Shown piece after piece: positions 30,345 through 39,086 of a stretch of DNA of 64,000 nt (position 1 is the stretch's first letter; every line of letters starts with the position of its first letter). Under the pieces are notes generated by a model. The model worked only from the letters and a program-made list of their open reading frames with translations. It had not been told where the DNA came from and ran no database searches. The DNA lies in assembly GCA_963695095.1 (NCBI GenBank), contig CAVOFT010000001.1:288001-352000 (forward strand), given 5' to 3'. The position numbers and the translations under genes were made by a program. The stretch is from an uncultured bacterium (GTDB lineage Bacteria; Krumholzibacteriota; Krumholzibacteriia; JACNKJ01).

Positions 30345-30378
30345 ACTATATCCAAGTTTCTGAGGGGGGGGGGGGCAA
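30345..30378 (-). promoter_or_regulatory. Candidate promoter of the S8 operon with a C12 tract between -35 and -10
   Basis: Minus strand reads TTG-C12-TCAGAAACTTGGA-TATAGT upstream of the AGGAGG RBS. Confidence 0.45.
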
Positions 30379-30626
30379 TGGAATTCTGCAGAATTTACAA
30401 TCGCAACCATTGTCAGCGGCAGATTACGGTTTCGGCGAATGATTTGAATGGAGGCCTAGTGCTGTGCGGCTAGTCCTGCATTGGCGCCCTCCTCCGGGGA
30501 TTCACGCACTCGCGACGGGAAATTGCTGAGCCCCTGCATCTGGGGAAGCCCCCGTATGGCTGCCGGGGCAATATCGGGATGGAAGCGGATTGGGGTTGGC
30601 TTGGGGCCATCGCGCGCGGCGCCAAA

Positions 30627-30834
30627 TCCCCAGGTGCGGCCGGGCTGCCGGGCCAGATGCTTCTTCGAAGTCCACTGCCGCGAGCCGCGGCGGCGGGGTG
30701 GGCGCGACAGTGCGGCGAACCTGATCACCCTCTGCGCGGCCTGCCGCCGGCTGCTGCACGAAAGCGGCCTGGGGCTTGCCGCCGCGCTGCCGGTAGCGGC
30801 ATTGCCGGTAGCGGCCTTGCCGAGCACCGGCTGA
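30627..30834 (+). pseudogene. Degenerate HNH endonuclease C-terminal remnant
   Basis: PGCRARCFFEVHCREPRRRGGRDSAANLITLCAACRRLLHE matches the HH..P...GG.....NL..LC..CH pattern with His replaced by Cys/Arg; no plausible start. Confidence 0.6.
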
Positions 30835-30969
30835 TCGACGCGGGGGCCTGGTGCCGGCGGCGGCCCTCCGCAGCGGCAATTGCCCGCCCGCAAATCGGTG
30901 GCGGCGCCCCCGCGCGCCTGACTAGAATCAGGCAGGCGCGGCGGCCCTCCCGCCGCGCGGGAGTGCGCG

Positions 30970-31515
30970 ATGACCCTCAGCCAACGCCGCATGTACGCCG
31001 CCCTGCTCGCCAGCGACGCCGCCTACGACGGCCGCTTCTGGGTGGGCGTGCGCACGACGGGCATCTACTGCCGGCCCTCCTGCCATGCGCGGAAGCCCCG
31101 CTTCGAGAACCTGCGCTTCTCAGGCAGCCGCGAGGAGCTGGCCGCCGCGGGCTTCCGGCCCTGCAAGAAGTGCCATCCCGAGGCCTGGCCCGAGACGGCG
31201 CCCGCCTGGCTGCCGCCCCTGCTCGAGCACATGCGCGCGCGGGCGCCCGAGCCCGTGCACGAAGGCCGCCTCGCCGCGCTGGCCGGCCGGGACATCTCGA
31301 GCGTGCGGCGGGCCTTCCGCCGCCACGTCGGGGCGAGCCCGATGGCCTACCAGCGGCGCTTGCGCCTTCTCGTCGCGCGCGAGCGCCTGGCCGCCGGCGA
31401 GGACGCGCTCGCCGTGGGCCTGGCCTGCGGCTTCGATTCCGACAGCGGCTTTCGCGCCGCCTTCCGGCGCGAGTTCGGCCTCACGCCCGGCGCCGTGCGC
31501 CGAGGAGGTGCCTGA
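30970..31515 (+). CDS. adaA: Ada metal-binding domain plus AraC HTH (AdaA-like methylphosphotriester methyltransferase)
   Basis: DAAYDGRF, TTGIYCRPSC, GFRPCKKC, C-terminal AraC HTH. Confidence 0.88.
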   Translation: MTLSQRRMYAALLASDAAYDGRFWVGVRTTGIYCRPSCHARKPRFENLRFSGSREELAAAGFRPCKKCHPEAWPETAPAWLPPLLEHMRARAPEPVHEGRLAALAGRDISSVRRAFRRHVGASPMAYQRRLRLLVARERLAAGEDALAVGLACGFDSDSGFRAAFRREFGLTPGAVRRGGA

Positions 31516-32042
31516 TGGAGCTCTATCCCATCGTCGTGAAGACCCTGGACTCGCCCCTGGGTCCGCTGCTGCTCGGCGCCACCGAGCGGGGCGTGTGCCT
31601 CTGCGAGTTCGCCGACCGTGGCGGCCGCGCACGCATCGAGAAGCGCTTACTCGAGCGGCACAAGCGCAGCGTGGTGGACGGTGACTCGCCGCACATCGCC
31701 GCGCTCGCGCGCCAGCTTGCCGAGTACTTCGCCGGCCGGCGGCGCAGCTTCGACCTGCCGCTGGACCTGGCCGGCAGCCCCTGGCAGCGCCGCGTCTGGG
31801 ACGGGCTGCTCAGCATCCCCTTCGGCGAGACGCGCGGCTACGGCGAGCTGGCTGGGCTGCTGGGCAAGCCGGGCGGCGCCCGCGCGGTGGGCCGGGCGAA
31901 TGGCGAGAACTACGTGGCGATCGTCGTGCCCTGCCACCGCGTCGTCGAGGCGGGCGGCGGCCTGCGCGGCTACGGCGGTGGCCTCGAGCGCAAGCGCTGG
32001 CTGCTCGAGCACGAGAGCGGCGAGCAGCGGCTTGGATTCTAG
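31515..32042 (+). CDS. ogt: Methylated-DNA-protein-cysteine methyltransferase
   Basis: ARAVGRANG, VPCHRVV, GYGGGLERK; TGATG coupling to adaA. Confidence 0.92.
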   Translation: MELYPIVVKTLDSPLGPLLLGATERGVCLCEFADRGGRARIEKRLLERHKRSVVDGDSPHIAALARQLAEYFAGRRRSFDLPLDLAGSPWQRRVWDGLLSIPFGETRGYGELAGLLGKPGGARAVGRANGENYVAIVVPCHRVVEAGGGLRGYGGGLERKRWLLEHESGEQRLGF

Positions 32043-32186
32043 CCTATGCCGTGGGGTTGGCCCGTCCGGCGGCCCGCACCATTCGGCATGCGCCCTGCTT
32101 GACCAGCGGTGAGCGCTTGCCGCCCGGGCACACCGGCGCTAGAATTCGACTGTCTTCGTACCGAACCGTCAACGAGGTGGACAGCC

Positions 32187-32873
32187 ATGAGCCAGAAGGC
32201 AAGCCGACCCGCCGAGCTGGGCCGCTACAGCATCCCTGAAGCGGCCCGCTATCTGCGGATTCCCCAGGCTACGCTGCGCTCCTGGCTGATCGGTCGCGAC
32301 TACACCACGGCTGCGGGCGCCAAGACGTTCAAGCCGCTCATTCGCATTGCGGATGGGCGCGGTCGCCAGCTCTCTTTTGAAAACCTCATCGAAGCCCACG
32401 TTCTGACAGCACTTCGCAAAACGCACGAGGTCCGCGTGAAGGACATCCGCGAGGCGATCCGCTATGTCGAGAGGGAGCTTGAGATCAAGCGCCTGCTACT
32501 CAGCCAGGAACTGAAGACGGGAGGCGGGGCGCTGTTCCTAGACCACTACGGCGAGCTGATCAACATCGGGCAATCCGGGCAGCTCGCGATGCGGTCGGTT
32601 CTCGAGTCCTTCCTGAAGCGCGTTGTCTGGGAGGATGCGCTTGTGGCTGCATTCTACCCATTCGTCGGTGATTGGGGGCAGGCAGCGCCTCGCCCTATTG
32701 TGATCAACCCCAATCTGGCTTTCGGAAAGCCCGTGGTCGCCAGCCGTTTCATCGCCACGGCCGTGATTACGGACCGCTGCGATGCGGGCGAGTCCATCGC
32801 CGATCTTGCCGAGGACTACGGCCTGGAAGCCGCTGAGATCGAGGCGGCGATTCTCTACGAGAGAGCTGCTTGA
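32187..32873 (+). CDS. DUF433-domain antitoxin with N-terminal HTH (VapB45-like)
   Basis: YSIPEAARYLRIP..TLRSW; LSFENLIEA; INPNLAFGKP; GESIADLAEDYGL. Confidence 0.85.
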   Translation: MSQKASRPAELGRYSIPEAARYLRIPQATLRSWLIGRDYTTAAGAKTFKPLIRIADGRGRQLSFENLIEAHVLTALRKTHEVRVKDIREAIRYVERELEIKRLLLSQELKTGGGALFLDHYGELINIGQSGQLAMRSVLESFLKRVVWEDALVAAFYPFVGDWGQAAPRPIVINPNLAFGKPVVASRFIATAVITDRCDAGESIADLAEDYGLEAAEIEAAILYERAA

Positions 32874-33319
32874 GCGAGATCTTCTTCATCGATCGCGATC
32901 TCGGGAAGACATTTCCCGCAATGCTGACTGCAGCAGGGATCGATACCCGGCCCTACCACACCGTCTATGCACGAGACGATGTGCCCGATGCAGATTGGCT
33001 CGCCCGCTGCGGGCTCGAGGGGTGGTATGCCCTCACGCACGACAAGAGCATTGGGCGCCGCCGACGTTCACGCGGGGCCTTCCCAGAGGTCTTCGCCTCC
33101 GGAGTGGGGTTGATCATCCTTCGGGGTCAACGCACGACGCGGGATCTCGCCGAGAGCTTCATCTGTTCCCAGGAGCGAATCGACTCATTCCTGGTCAGTA
33201 CGGCCCGACCCTTCGTTGCGAAGTTCTTCTGCTCCGATGAGCGCTACACGAATGGCGACCGCAAGCCAGGGCGGCTGGAGCTCATCATGTCATCGCCTTC
33301 CACGAAGCGAAAACCCTGA
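32870..33319 (+). CDS. PIN-like toxin (VapC45-like)
   Basis: FFIDRDLG, PDADWL, LTHDKSI; TTGA overlap with the antitoxin. Confidence 0.8.
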   Translation: MSEIFFIDRDLGKTFPAMLTAAGIDTRPYHTVYARDDVPDADWLARCGLEGWYALTHDKSIGRRRRSRGAFPEVFASGVGLIILRGQRTTRDLAESFICSQERIDSFLVSTARPFVAKFFCSDERYTNGDRKPGRLELIMSSPSTKRKP

Positions 33320-35977
33320 TCAGCGCCGAATCGTAACCGTCGCCACCCCCAGCTTTCGCCCGGCCGCGCTGGCCCGAGCCAGGTAGACACCGCTGGGCAG
33401 GCGATCGCCGCGCGTGTCCACGCCCGCCCAGAAGAGCCGCCCCGCGCCGGGCGCCGCGGCCTGCCGGCCGGACCAGACCCGCCGCCCCGCCACGCTGTAG
33501 ATCGCCAGCTCGACTTCGGCGCCGCGCGCCAGGTCCCAGGCGATCCAGCTTCCCTCCGCGCTCGGGTTCGGGTAGGGCGCGAGCAGGCGTCCCGCCGCGG
33601 CCAGTTCTGCGGGCGGCGCGGCTGTCGCCACGTCCACGTCGCAGGTGAAGACGCTGCGGCCATAGGTGCCCGCGTAGAGCAGGCGGTTCACCGGATCGAA
33701 GGCTAGGTGGCTGACCACCACGTTCGGCAGGTCCGCGCCGAGCATGCTCCAGCTCGCGCCCGCGCTCGTGGTCTGGTACACGCCCAGATCCGTGGCCACC
33801 CAGAGCCGGCCCGGCGTGGCCGGATCGGCGATGAGGACATTCGCCGGCGCTTCGGGCAGGTTGCCCGCGATGGGCTCCCAGGTGGCGCCCAGATCCGTCG
33901 TGCGGAAGACGTGCGGCAAGGGCTCGGTCCAGCGGAAGCCCGAGATCGTCACGTAGGCCGTCTCGCGGTCGAAGGGGTCGCCGGCGAGGCTGGTCACCCA
34001 GCGGTCGGGCAGGGTGGCGGCCACGTTCGCCCAGCTCGTGCCGCCGTTCACGCTCACGTTGACGTAGCCGTCGTCGCTGCCGGCCCAGAGCACCTGGCCG
34101 TCCAGGGGCGAGACCGCCAGGGTCGTCAGCGTGCCCCGCACCTGGCCGGCCACGCCGGAGTGCGGGCCGCCGGTGAGGTCGCCGCTCAGGGCCGTCCAGC
34201 TCGTGTTGCTCGCGCTGCGGTAGACCTTGTTGGTGCCGAAGTAGCGCCGGTCCACGTTCGTGGGGTCCTGGATCAGCGGCGCGTTCCAGGCGATGCGGTC
34301 GCTGCCGCCGATGCCGCCGGTCGCGCTCGAGAAGGAGCCGCCGCCGTTGGACGAGTAGCCGAGGCCGCCGTACTGGTACTGGCGCCCAGATCCGCAGGCT
34401 GCTTTGCGGGATGCACCAGCGGCCCGAAGCCGTCGCCGCCGTAGATGTTGACGAAGTCGTTCGCCGCGCCGCTCGTGCTGCGATTCGTGCCGTTGTCCTG
34501 CGCGCCGAGCAGCAGCGCGTTCGCGTTGCTCGCGTCCAGGGCGAGCCGGTAGACCTGCGTGACGGGCTGCTCGGGCAGGAGCGTCCAGACCGTGCCGCCG
34601 TTCGTGCACCGGTAGACGCCGCCGTCGTTGCCGTCGTAGATGACGGGGCTCGCGCCCGGCCCGAAGGCGAGGCCGTGGTGGTCCACGTGCATGCTGCCGG
34701 CGGCGCTACTCCAGGAGCCGCCGCCGTTCGTGCTGCGGTAGAAGTCGAGCCCGAGCACGCAGATGGTGAGCGGGTTCGCCGGGTGCACGCGCACGTTGCC
34801 GAACCACCAGCCGTAGCTCGCGAAGATGCTCGACGAGCGCGCCGTCGCTCGTGCGGGTCCAGGTGTCGCCGCCGTCGGTGCTGCGGTAGAGGCCGTCGAA
34901 GTAGCCCGTGCGGTCCGCGTAGACCGCGCACATCACGTCGGGCTGGGCCGCGCAGAGGTCCAGGCCGATGCGCCCGCCCGTGCTCGAGGTCGCGGGCAGG
35001 CCGCCGCTGCCCGAGAGCAGCGACCAGGTGTCGCCGCCGTTCGTGGAGCGATACACCGCGCAGCGCGGCCCGCCGTAGTCGTAGGCCTCGGGCTGGCGCA
35101 GGCGCTGCCACATGGCGGCGAGCAGCACGTTCGGCTGGTCGGGCCGCTGGATGAGGTCCACGCAGCCCGTGTCGTCGGCGACGAAGAGCACGTGTTCCCA
35201 GCTGCTGCCACCATCCACGCTGCGGTAGACGCCGCGCGCGCTGTCCGTCTCCCAGAGCTGCCCCATGGCGGCCACGAAGAGCCGCTGCGAGTTCGTCGGG
35301 TCCACGCGGATGCGCCCGATGGCGCCCACGCTCTCCAGGCCCAGCGATTCCCAGCTGGCGCCGCGGTCCGGCGAGCGGAAGAGGCCCGCGCCGCCGTAGG
35401 CCACGCTGCCGCCGCCCGGGTTCACCTCGCCGCTGCCCGCGTAGACGATGTCCGGGTTCGCCGGGTCCAGGGCCACGGCGCCCATGGCGAGGGCGGGCCC
35501 CTCGTCGAAGAGGGGCAGCCAGTGCTGGCCCGCGTCGTCGCTGCGCAGGATGCCGCCCTCGGCGGCCGCGGCGTAGACGCGGTTCGCGTCGCGGGGGTCC
35601 ACGGCCAGATCCGTGATGCGCCCGCCGATGTTCGTGGGGCCGCGGGGGATCCAGGTCGCGTCGCGGCCGCCGGCCCGGGCTGCCGCCCGCGCCTCCTCGC
35701 GCAGGAGGCCGGCCTCCACGCGCGCTCGTTGCATGATCTCGGCCGGGATGTGCCCGGTCGGGAAGGCGCGCTCGGCGAAGAACCAGGGGTTGGGCGCCTT
35801 GGGCGCGAGGCCGTCGCCCGGATGCCGGGAGTGCTGCTTGGCGGGCGGCCCGGCGGGGGACGCGCCTTCGCGGAGCAGCAGGCTCAAGCTCAGCACGAGC
35901 GCCAGGAGGGCGAAGAGGAGCAGGGCGGGAGCGCGGCCGGCGGGTGCGGCACTCTGCCAGCGGGTCTTCTCGAGCAT
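33320..35977 (-). CDS. BNR/Asp-box (VPS10-like) beta-propeller protein with FlgD-Ig/T9SS-like CTD (frameshifts near 34830, 34410, 34383)
   Basis: RGPTNIGGRITDL; many RS.DGG.TW Asp boxes; HVDHH; GAQDNGT; YPNPS...LPSGVYLAR. Confidence 0.85.
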
Positions 35978-36136
35978 GGGGACCTCCGCGGGGCGGGAAA
36001 CGGGCGACGGGGAGGCCTCCAGTATAGTGGATCCGCGCCCTGGACTCTAGGCGGGCCTGGCCGGCCCGTGCTAGCCTGGGGCCGACGCCTGCCGGGAATC
36101 CCCCCTCGCCGCCGGGCGGCCAGCCTCGAGGTCACC

Positions 36137-37501
36137 ATGCGACCACTGCTTGGCGCGCTTGCCGGGATCTGCCTGCTCGCCGCGCTCGCCCTGCCTGCTG
36201 CCGCCGCCGGCTCCGCAGCGGCGGACTCGCCGCCGCCGGGCAGCGTGATCGAGGTCATCCGCACGCTCTTCCACGCCATCGTCGACGACGATGCCCGCGT
36301 GGAGCCCGGCCTCCACGGCGCCCTCGACCTGCGCCTGAGGCAGGAAGTGCTGGACGAGCTCTACTACTTCACGCCCGCGCAGCCGGACCGCAACTGGATC
36401 CGCCTGCGCTCGCGCGCGGGGGCGGCCTACGGCTGGGGGCTGTCGAACCAGGTCGAAGCGCGCCTCTGCAGCGAGTTCCGCAAGATCATCACGCCCGACA
36501 CGCCGATCAACTACGACGAGGTCATCGTCGACCGCCTGCTCTACCGCTATCGCCCCAGCGACTGGGCGACGCTGACCCTGGGCCGCCAGGACATCGCCTG
36601 GGACGACGGCTTCCTCGTCATGGACGGCACGCCGCTGGACGGCAGCCGCAGCGCCTACATGAACGCGCTGCGCCTGGAGCTGAGCGACGACGATCCCGAC
36701 TTTTCCCTGCTCGAGGGTTTCTTCGCCTACAACCCCGCCACCGACGACCTCGTGCTCTGGGACGACGATGTGAAGCGCCGCCTCACCGACGGCGACGAGA
36801 GCGCCGCCGCCCTGCGCGCGCGCTTCGCAGGGCAGCACCAGATCGCCGTGATCTGGAAGCGCGAGCGCGACCCGGACCATGAGCGCCCCGCCCTCGATGC
36901 CTGGACGCTCGACTACCGCGGCGAGCGCAGGCGCGGCGCCACGAGCCTGATGGGCGAAGTCGCGCTCCAGCACCAGGACTGGACGGGCCGCGGCGTCGAC
37001 ACCAGTGGCCTCGCCTGGGCGATGCAGCTCCGTCTGCGCCGCCAGCTGAGCGCGCCGCGGCGTCTGGATCTGGGCCTCTTCGCCTACTCCGGCCGCGACG
37101 GCGACCAGCTCGCCTTCCGCACGCCCTGGGGCCGCTGGCCCAAGTGGAGCGAGCTGATGCTCTACCGCCTCATCGGCGAGGACGGCGTGGGCGCCTGGGC
37201 CAATCTCGCCGGCGCCTGGCTGGAGGCCGAGCAGAGCCGCGACGGCAAGCTGCTGGGGGTGGGCGTCCAGGCGCTCTCGAGCCTGGCTCCCACCTCGGAC
37301 TTTCGCGACATCCTGATCCGGGTGCGGGTCGAGCTGCCCCTGATGGATGCGCTGAAGACGCAGTTCCTCATGGAATCGCAGCTGGCCTCCGGATACGACT
37401 CCGTTTCCTATGTCCCCGCCTATGGATCGAGCGTGCCTCGCGAAGTGGACGCCGGCGGCGGCTTGTTCCTGCGCTGGCAGATCACCTACGAACTGAAGTG
37501 A
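36137..37501 (+). CDS. Putative outer-membrane beta-barrel/porin (alginate-export-like)
   Basis: Signal peptide; RLRSR, TLGRQDI..DDGFLVMDGTP; C-terminal FLRWQITYELK. Confidence 0.65.
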   Translation: MRPLLGALAGICLLAALALPAAAAGSAAADSPPPGSVIEVIRTLFHAIVDDDARVEPGLHGALDLRLRQEVLDELYYFTPAQPDRNWIRLRSRAGAAYGWGLSNQVEARLCSEFRKIITPDTPINYDEVIVDRLLYRYRPSDWATLTLGRQDIAWDDGFLVMDGTPLDGSRSAYMNALRLELSDDDPDFSLLEGFFAYNPATDDLVLWDDDVKRRLTDGDESAAALRARFAGQHQIAVIWKRERDPDHERPALDAWTLDYRGERRRGATSLMGEVALQHQDWTGRGVDTSGLAWAMQLRLRRQLSAPRRLDLGLFAYSGRDGDQLAFRTPWGRWPKWSELMLYRLIGEDGVGAWANLAGAWLEAEQSRDGKLLGVGVQALSSLAPTSDFRDILIRVRVELPLMDALKTQFLMESQLASGYDSVSYVPAYGSSVPREVDAGGGLFLRWQITYELK

Positions 37502-37509
37502 GGAGCGCC

Positions 37510-37626
37510 ATGCCGCCCTTCCATCTGCCCTGGTCCACATTCGGCGCGCTGCTCCTGCTGGCCGGCGCCATCCTGCTCGCCATCGTCTGGGCCCTGGTCG
37601 ACCGCGCGCGGGAGGGCCGCCGGTGA
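37510..37626 (+). CDS. Small single-TM protein, probable symporter accessory peptide
   Basis: AGGAG RBS; MPPFHLPWSTFGALLLLAGAILLAIVWALVDRAREGRR*; GTGA overlap with the symporter. Confidence 0.65.
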   Translation: MPPFHLPWSTFGALLLLAGAILLAIVWALVDRAREGRR

Positions 37627-39086
37627 TCGTCTACATCATCGTGCTCGTGGCCTATCTCATCCTGCTGGCATCCATCGGCCTCTACTTCCGCGGGCGCAGC
37701 CAGAGCGCCGCGGACTTCGCCATCGGCGGCCGCTCGGTGGGGCCCTGGGTCACGGCGCTCTCCTTCGTGGCGGCCTACTACTCCAGCGTGGTCATCATCG
37801 GCGGCGGCGCCTTCGGCTGGCGCTTCGGGCTCTCGACGCTCTGGATCGGCGCCGGCAACGTGCTCGTCGGCAGCACGCTGGCCTTCATCGTGCTCGGTCG
37901 CCGCGTGCGCCGCATGAGCGAGAACCTCGAGGTGCACACCCTGCCCGGCTTCTTCGCCGGCCGCTACGGCTCCCCCGCCGCGCGCATCTTCAGCGCCGCG
38001 GTCACGGGCCTCTTCCTCATCATCTACAACGTGAGCGTGCTCAAGGGCATGGCCAACGCCTTCGAGGTGCTCATGGACATGCCCTACATGGCGGGCGTGC
38101 TCATCAGCGGCATTGTCATCCTCTTCTACACGGCCGTGGGCGGCTACCTGGCCGTGGTCTGGACCAGCTTCGTGCAGGGCATCGTGATGATCGTCGCGCT
38201 CGTCCTGCTCGCGACCTTCGCCCTCATCCGCGTGGGGGGCATGACGGCCCTCGTCGACCGCCTGGCGCTGCTCGGCCCCGGCTACGTGGAGAGCCCCGGC
38301 GAGTGGGGCTGGGCGGGCCTGGTCAGCTTCGCGCTCATCGTGAGTCTCGGCGCCTGGGGCCTGCCGCAGCTGCTCATCCGCTTCTACTCGATCAAGAGCG
38401 AGCGCAACCTGCGCCTGGCCACGGTGGTCGTCACCCTGGGCGCGGCGATGGCCGTGCTGCCCTACCTCTGCGGGGCCATCGCCCGCGTGCTCGTGCCGGA
38501 GCTCGCCGGCCCCGACCGGGCGATTCCCGCCCTCACGCAGCTCGTCCTCAACGACTGGGGGGGCGCGCTCTTTCTCGCCGGCGTCGTCGCCGCCGGCATG
38601 AGCACCTTCGCGGGCGTGCTGCTCATCATCGCCAGCAGCCTGGTGCGCGACGTCTGGATCGAGGGCCTCGGCCGCCCGCTCGCCGCCGCTGCTGAACTCA
38701 AGGCCAGCCGTCTCACCAGCCTGGCGGTCGGCCTCGTCAGCGTGCTCATCGCGCTGAAGCCGCCCGGCCTGGTGCTCGTGCTCACGGCCTTCGCCTGGGC
38801 GGTGATCGCCTCCACCAACCTCTGGCCCCTGCTCTTCGGCATCTGCTGGCGGCGCACCAGCCCGCGGGCCACCCTGGCCAGCATGGTGCTGGGCGCAGCC
38901 ACGGCCCTCGCCTGGGAGCTGCTGCGCCGCTTCCTGCCCGCGCCCTGGAGCGGACTGCACGGCTTCCTGACGGGTAGCGCCGTGGCGCTGCTGGTGATCG
39001 TCGTCGGCACGCTGCTGGGCCGGCCGGCGCCCGCGGCGCGCCTCGCGCGCGCCTGGGGCACGCCGCCCGCCGGGGAGTCGTCGTGA
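37623..39086 (+). CDS. Sodium:solute symporter (PutP/PanF-like)
   Basis: DFAIGGRSVG, YTAVGGYLAVVWT, GLPQLLIRFY, AAGMST; many TM helices. Confidence 0.92.
   Translation: MIVYIIVLVAYLILLASIGLYFRGRSQSAADFAIGGRSVGPWVTALSFVAAYYSSVVIIGGGAFGWRFGLSTLWIGAGNVLVGSTLAFIVLGRRVRRMSENLEVHTLPGFFAGRYGSPAARIFSAAVTGLFLIIYNVSVLKGMANAFEVLMDMPYMAGVLISGIVILFYTAVGGYLAVVWTSFVQGIVMIVALVLLATFALIRVGGMTALVDRLALLGPGYVESPGEWGWAGLVSFALIVSLGAWGLPQLLIRFYSIKSERNLRLATVVVTLGAAMAVLPYLCGAIARVLVPELAGPDRAIPALTQLVLNDWGGALFLAGVVAAGMSTFAGVLLIIASSLVRDVWIEGLGRPLAAAAELKASRLTSLAVGLVSVLIALKPPGLVLVLTAFAWAVIASTNLWPLLFGICWRRTSPRATLASMVLGAATALAWELLRRFLPAPWSGLHGFLTGSAVALLVIVVGTLLGRPAPAARLARAWGTPPAGESS

Noticed and set aside
25100..30960. Direct repeat bounding the first S8 cassette
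   Set aside because: Only short GC-rich matches expected by chance; the right boundary could not be fixed.
34826..36136. N-terminal extensions of ORFs 34826-37501, 44756-47569, 30579-32042 and 13078-14355
   Set aside because: They overlap real genes in other frames; true starts are 36137, 46184, 31515 and 13971.
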